From Chrysemys picta bellii (Eukaryota): 64,000 nucleotides of DNA. The position numbers and the translations under genes were made by a program. Positions 58,950 to 64,000 of this stretch are shown one piece after another (within the stretch, counting starts at the first letter, position 1; every line of letters begins with the position of its first letter). The notes under the pieces were generated by a model. The model was given only the letters and a program-made list of their open reading frames with translations. It had not been told where the DNA came from and ran no database searches. The stretch is taken from contig NC_088803.1 in assembly GCF_011386835.1 (NCBI RefSeq), positions 12,834,001 to 12,898,000 on the forward strand, in the 5' to 3' direction.

Positions 58950-60581
58950 AGCAGGGCTCATTCCCTTGTGGTTACCTATCTGCTGTTTGCAACACTTGTG
59001 ATTATGACAAAACAATAAACAGAACCTTGAGATGTTTTGTGACTTAAGGTCATTGATAGTTTACTTCCTTATGCCAACTCATTGAGCAACTTCTCCTGTT
59101 CAAAATAGAAAGCCTTCTACTTACCCTAACTGCTTAAGCTATTTTGCATGCAGTGCTGTTGTAGCCATCTGGATCCCAGGATACTAGAGACACAAAGCGG
59201 GTGAGGTAATATATTTTGCTGGACTAACTTCTGTCTCTCTCACCAACAATAAAAGATATTACTTCACCCATCTTGTCTTTCTAAGTAATTTTTATAAGTT
59301 TAAACCTATAGGTCTCTTGTGTTTCTGCTATCATTTCCTCAACAACTATCATTATTTAATGGTTATATAGTCATTACATGGGCTACAAATCTCTCTCTCT
59401 CTATCACATACACACACACACACACACACACACAGAGTTTCTATTTTGCATAAGGTGTTCTTCCCTTCCTGCCTTAATCATCTGTTGAACAGTGTTGCAT
59501 GAAGTTATACTTTCTGCATCCCAGACATGCCTCAATTTCAGTGGTCCAGCACAGAGAACACCAAGTACATTTCTCTTTTACGTTCATTTGATGCCTGGCT
59601 AAAGTGCTCTGTGGGCCTGTGTGATGACACCCAACACAATGTGAGACAGAGGAGGTCAGATGATATAATCTAGAGATCCCTTTTGTCCTTAAACTCTGTG
59701 ACTCTCTGACAATATGAAATACACCAGTGATATGTGACAGTAAGTGTTTGGGATTAAGCAAGCGCAGATATGGTAGAAGTGAATCTTAAAGACAAACAAA
59801 AGGAATCTCTCACCGCCAAACAGCCCCAGAAGAGTAGGAGCGATTATCTTGTATTTTTTTCAAAGACACAATCTACAACACCAACTCTGTAGGGAAATGA
59901 TGTTAGGAGACAGTTACAGGCCATTGCATCATTCTTGTTGCTATACATGAAATGCCCATTCAGGGGCCTAGGCGGAAAAGGTTCTGCTCCTACAGGTGAT
60001 TTATTTGTGTCCTTATTCTCCAGACCCTGATCAAACCCTTGGTTCTAATTTACAGCAACATTTGTGACCTACATCTCCCATTGAAGTCAATGAAACCTCA
60101 GCCCCTGTGCAAATCAAGCCCACTCTGAGCTGTGATGAATGGAAAATGATCAAGGACCATGGCAGGTCCAGGCACATCCCCTGCCCTGGCGACATTCACA
60201 GGTATAGGGCAAAAAGTCCAGCAAAACACACAGGGAAATTTTACATTAACTGTAGCAAATAGTTACACTGTAGGAGTAATGAATTCCCTTGGTAATTCCC
60301 TTGGTAATAATTAATTTTCCTCGCTGATCTGAGGTTTTTTCAATGATCTTTAAAACTGGTCAAAAGGTTCTGACTATCAAAATTTGACTAAAATTTATTT
60401 ATTTATTAATTTCATTTAAAAAAGTTTCTCTTCCCATGTTGCCACCATGTTTAGAAGATGTCAAAGTTTTGCACATGGTAAAATTCTAATTGAAATTGTG
60501 AGGGTCATTGCGAGAAATTAAACAAAACATTTATGAATTTCCCTTATTCCCCCCATTTTGATTGACTCTACTTTTCATTCT

Positions 60582-61550
60582 CTAATTTCTCTGGTTGTGT
60601 GAAGACATGCTCTTCTCTAATGTTTTTCTAAAGGCTCCCTTCACCTCTTTGTTCCTCAGAGTGTATATTATGGGGTTCAAGACTGGGGCCACAATTGTGT
60701 TCATGAGGGAAATAATTAGATCACTATCTGGGGTGGAGCTAGATTTTGGCCTGAGGTAGGTGATAAGAGCTGTTCCATAGAACAAAGTCACCACCATGAG
60801 GTGGGAGGAGCAGGTGGAGAAGGCTTTACGCCTTCCCTCCGCTGACTGGAGTTTAAGGATGGAGGAAATAATGCAGATGTAGGACAGGATTATCAACAAA
60901 AAAGGGCTCATGATGAACAGCACCGACACAGTGAAAACCATAATCTCATTTTTGGATGTGTCCGTGCATGCCATCTTCACCACTGGTGGGATGTCGCAGA
61001 AGAAGTGGTGGATGCGGTTGGAGCCACAAAAGGGCAAGCGGAAGATCCACGTGGTCTGAGCTACTTCCACTGAGATGCCGATGGTCCATGAAGCACCTGC
61101 GAGCTGTGCGCACACCCGGCCACTCATGATGGTTCTGTAGTGCAAGGGGTTGCATATGGCTATGTAGCGATCGTACGCCATGGCTGCTAGGAGGCAGCAT
61201 TCTGTGAGGCCCAGGATAGTGAAGACGTACATCTGGGCAGCGCAGCCCACAATGGTGATGGTCTTTTCCTCCACCAGGAGGTGAACCAGCAGCTGAGGGA
61301 CCACACTACTGGTGTAGCAGATTTCCAAGAATGACAGGTTCACCAGGAAGAAATACATGGGGGTGTGGAGAGAGGGGTTTAACTTTATAAGGAAGATAAC
61401 AAGCAGGTTCCCTATCAGGGTGACCAGGTAGATGACCAGAAGCAACAGAAACAGAACGATTTGCAGCTCGTTAAGGTACGAAAACCCCACCAGGATGAAC
61501 ACATCAGAGATGGTCTGGTTCTCTCCAGGGTCACTCACAGAATAGGTCAT
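60582..61550 (-). CDS. Olfactory receptor, class II, family-10-like (322 aa), intact
   Basis: MTYSVSDPGENQT, LHTPMYFFLVNLSFLEICYT, MAYDRYIAICNPLHY, KAFSTCSSHL and [12 protein letters not shown]. Acceptor ctttctatgttgcccctacag abuts the ATG. Confidence 0.95.
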   Translation of the reverse strand: MTYSVSDPGENQTISDVFILVGFSYLNELQIVLFLLLLVIYLVTLIGNLLVIFLIKLNPSLHTPMYFFLVNLSFLEICYTSSVVPQLLVHLLVEEKTITIVGCAAQMYVFTILGLTECCLLAAMAYDRYIAICNPLHYRTIMSGRVCAQLAGASWTIGISVEVAQTTWIFRLPFCGSNRIHHFFCDIPPVVKMACTDTSKNEIMVFTVSVLFIMSPFLLIILSYICIISSILKLQSAEGRRKAFSTCSSHLMVVTLFYGTALITYLRPKSSSTPDSDLIISLMNTIVAPVLNPIIYTLRNKEVKGAFRKTLEKSMSSHNQRN

Positions 61551-63697
61551 CTGTAGGGGCAACATAGAAAGAGAGTGAATCTGAGGAATACCAAACATGT
61601 GGATGTGAATCAAACAATTCATACTAGTTTCCTTTCGGTTGTGACACTTGAGAATAAAACCTGCTGCGATTCTGTATATAAATATGTAACTGGGCCCAAT
61701 CATCATCAGGCGTAAACTGGTGTAGCCACATTGATGTCATTCAAGCTGTGCCAATATAAATCAGCTGGAGATCCGACCAGTTTGACACCAGTGGAACTAC
61801 AGCTGATTTACAACAGACGGGGGTCTGATGAATTGACTCTAAATGAGCTACATCACTTTATACCAGCAATGGAGGTATACCAGTTTCCAGAATCAGGGGT
61901 TCTATTCTTCCTCCTCTCCTCTTCAAACTCATCCTTCCTCTTCCTCTTCCTCTTCCTCAATCCTTCCTCTTCAAACACTTTTTTTTTCTGTCTACATGAA
62001 AATTCAGCAAGGGTTCAATGTTTTTTTTTCTTTCCCCTCTGAGAGTGTTATGCTACAGCCACATTTATCAAACACGATTTCTCAAATGAGGGCAAATTCT
62101 GATATCATTCAGCTCTTAATCACAAGAATTGTTATATGAATGCAAGTATTCCCACTGCAGTTACAACTCACAAAAGTGAGGACTACTCACATGAATAAAC
62201 TTAGGCAGCTGAGCCCAATATGTTTGAAGCCCTTTGAAGAATGAGAAGCTCGATAAATGTTGAAAACAATGGGAGATGTTGGCGTTTTGTATACTATTAA
62301 ATGTTATTCTTCCCTAAATATTAGAGAACAATTGAAATCATTCCTGCCTTTATCATCGCAGCATCCCAAATGCATTGGTATCTCTCAGTATACAAAAGAA
62401 GACCTAGGGCTGGTGTAAATCTTCCCAGCTCAATGGGTATAAGAAGAGCTATACTGATTTACACCAGTGGAGGATCATTGTCCAATCACTTTGCTATAAA
62501 GAACTTTACAAGAAGGAACATCCTACAATGTAAGAAGGGACGTTTTCCGCAGATGTTTTACTTCAAGGTTACTTGATGGCAAGGAACTTCCTAATAACAG
62601 GCATGACAATGAAATAATAGAGTTGGAATTAAAATGAGTAACAACAAATATTGTATTTTGCATACCCTTTGCACCTTCAATATGTAGCTCTCAAAGCAAC
62701 ACATCAAATAACAGTGAGCTATTAAGGGGGAAACTGGAATGATAGGGTGAATAGACTGGACTAACACAGCTAGTCAGCATTCTGAGAAATAGAACTGAGG
62801 TGTCCTGATACCTGAAACTGCGCCATAACCACAGGACCATTCTCCTGGTAATTCGAGAGAGAGAGAGAGAGAGAGAGAGATTCAAAGGAAATCAGATAGA
62901 GAAAATTAAATTAAACAACAAAAGCAAACTTTGATGGCACACTATGCAAAGTGCACTACCTAGAACAATTTAAAACAAAAGGGAATGATGTTCTCTAAAT
63001 ACTGAGATCTGGGGGAGAGGTTGAAATTCTTCTGCCTCTCTTAAGATCTAATTTGGGGAACCTCTATTGATGTTTGTGAGTACTTTCCTCAGCACAGCCA
63101 TTGCAGTACATGCAGAGCTGGCTGGAAAATGGAATTTCCATCTCATGGGAAATTCCAATATTCCAATATTTGTTTTCACCCTGAATTGATATGAAAAGTT
63201 GAAATAGTGAAAACCTTAATTTTGATTCAGAAGAGTCCACATGAAATCGAATGGAAAATTGAAAACTGCCATCAACATCAATGTTTTCTCATGGAAAACA
63301 TCAATATTGATTAAACCATTCTTTTCAGAAGGGATTTGGATTTATTTCTTTATTTGTTGGCTGACATTTGGAGCGGCTCTAAATAAATGTAGAAATTTAC
63401 TCACCATTAGGAATAAGGTCTGTATAGATGCTTGTCGCTGGTAGTTGAGTGATATTTTCTGAACTCTTCAAGGCATCTGGACACTCCATTAATATACAGG
63501 AGAACATGAAAACAATTAAAGAAGCGTACATTATGAGGAGGAAGGTTTGAGAAAAATTCAGCTAAAAGAGACTCTTGGGCAGCAGATCATGTGCAGATCA
63601 TGTGCCGTGGTTGGTTGCTGGGAGCGGATTCTCTTATTAGAATAGATCAAACTGAGTCCTCCCAGCCGACTGTATTCAGATCCAAATACAAGAACCA

Positions 63698-64000
63698 CTT
63701 CAAGAAACAACAAACTAGGACAGATTACAAAGGATGAATATAGGCAAACAACACAGGAATGCAGGGGCAAGGCAAAGGCACAAAATGAGCTCAAACTAGC
63801 TACGGGAATAAAGGGAAACAAGAAGACTTTTTATCAATAAATTAGAAACAAGAGGAAGACCAAAGACAGGGTAGGCCCATTGCTCAGTGAAGAGGGAGAA
63901 ACAGTAACAGGAAACTTGGAAATGGCAGAGATGCTTAATGACTTCTTTGTTTCGGTCTTCACCGAGAAGTCTGAAGGAATGCCTAACCTAGTGAATGCTA
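63698..64000 (+). mobile_element. CR1 ORF2 fragment (EN-RT linker region), continuing beyond the window
   Basis: Translates as [12 protein letters not shown]...[17 protein letters not shown]...[33 protein letters not shown]. Confidence 0.85.

Noticed and set aside
364-63821. The many 60-130 aa ORFs in the track, including antisense ORFs over OR and CR1 genes and low-complexity ORFs over microsatellites
   Set aside because: They are explained by alternative start codons, repeats and antisense shadows, and have no domain evidence.
1-64000. CRISPR arrays, rRNA, genuine tRNA genes or prokaryotic operons
   Set aside because: None seen. The only tRNA-like sequences are SINE heads, and the DNA is vertebrate.

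Overview
This is eukaryotic vertebrate DNA, very probably turtle: it carries a tortoise-type Pol III/tRNA-derived SINE with a CR1 tail, turtle-type CR1 LINEs, and abundant Penelope and Harbinger remnants. The window is part of an olfactory receptor (OR) gene cluster with six intact single-coding-exon class II ORs and one pseudogene. There are three family-14-like genes on the + strand (3545, 12291, 24151), a family-4-like gene (31454-32395) with a pseudogene paralog (42915-43853), and two family-10-like genes (52062-53054, 60582-61550) on the - strand. Each subfamily group arose by local segmental duplication. The first two OR14-like units are a very recent ~8.7 kb tandem duplication whose near-identity stops abruptly ~60-85 bp after the stop codon, the pattern expected from an unequal crossover. 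Intergenic DNA is a nested mosaic of four TSD-bounded solo LTRs, several CR1s (one young copy with a single stop in ~2.1 kb of ORF2), Penelope-like insertions with inverted pseudo-LTRs and hammerhead-like motifs, a two-gene PIF/Harbinger relic plus a related MITE, a Gmr1-like Gypsy relic with a SCAN-domain gag, MIRs and microsatellites. I cannot demonstrate a wholly new biological system here. The most interesting leads are the chimeric OR duplication, the best-preserved Penelope hammerhead motif, the SCAN-gag relic, a co-oriented LTR/CR1-RT chimera, and 5' UTR exons inferred from paralog conservation. All alignments were done by eye, identities are approximate, and repeat family names are by motif recognition, not database search.
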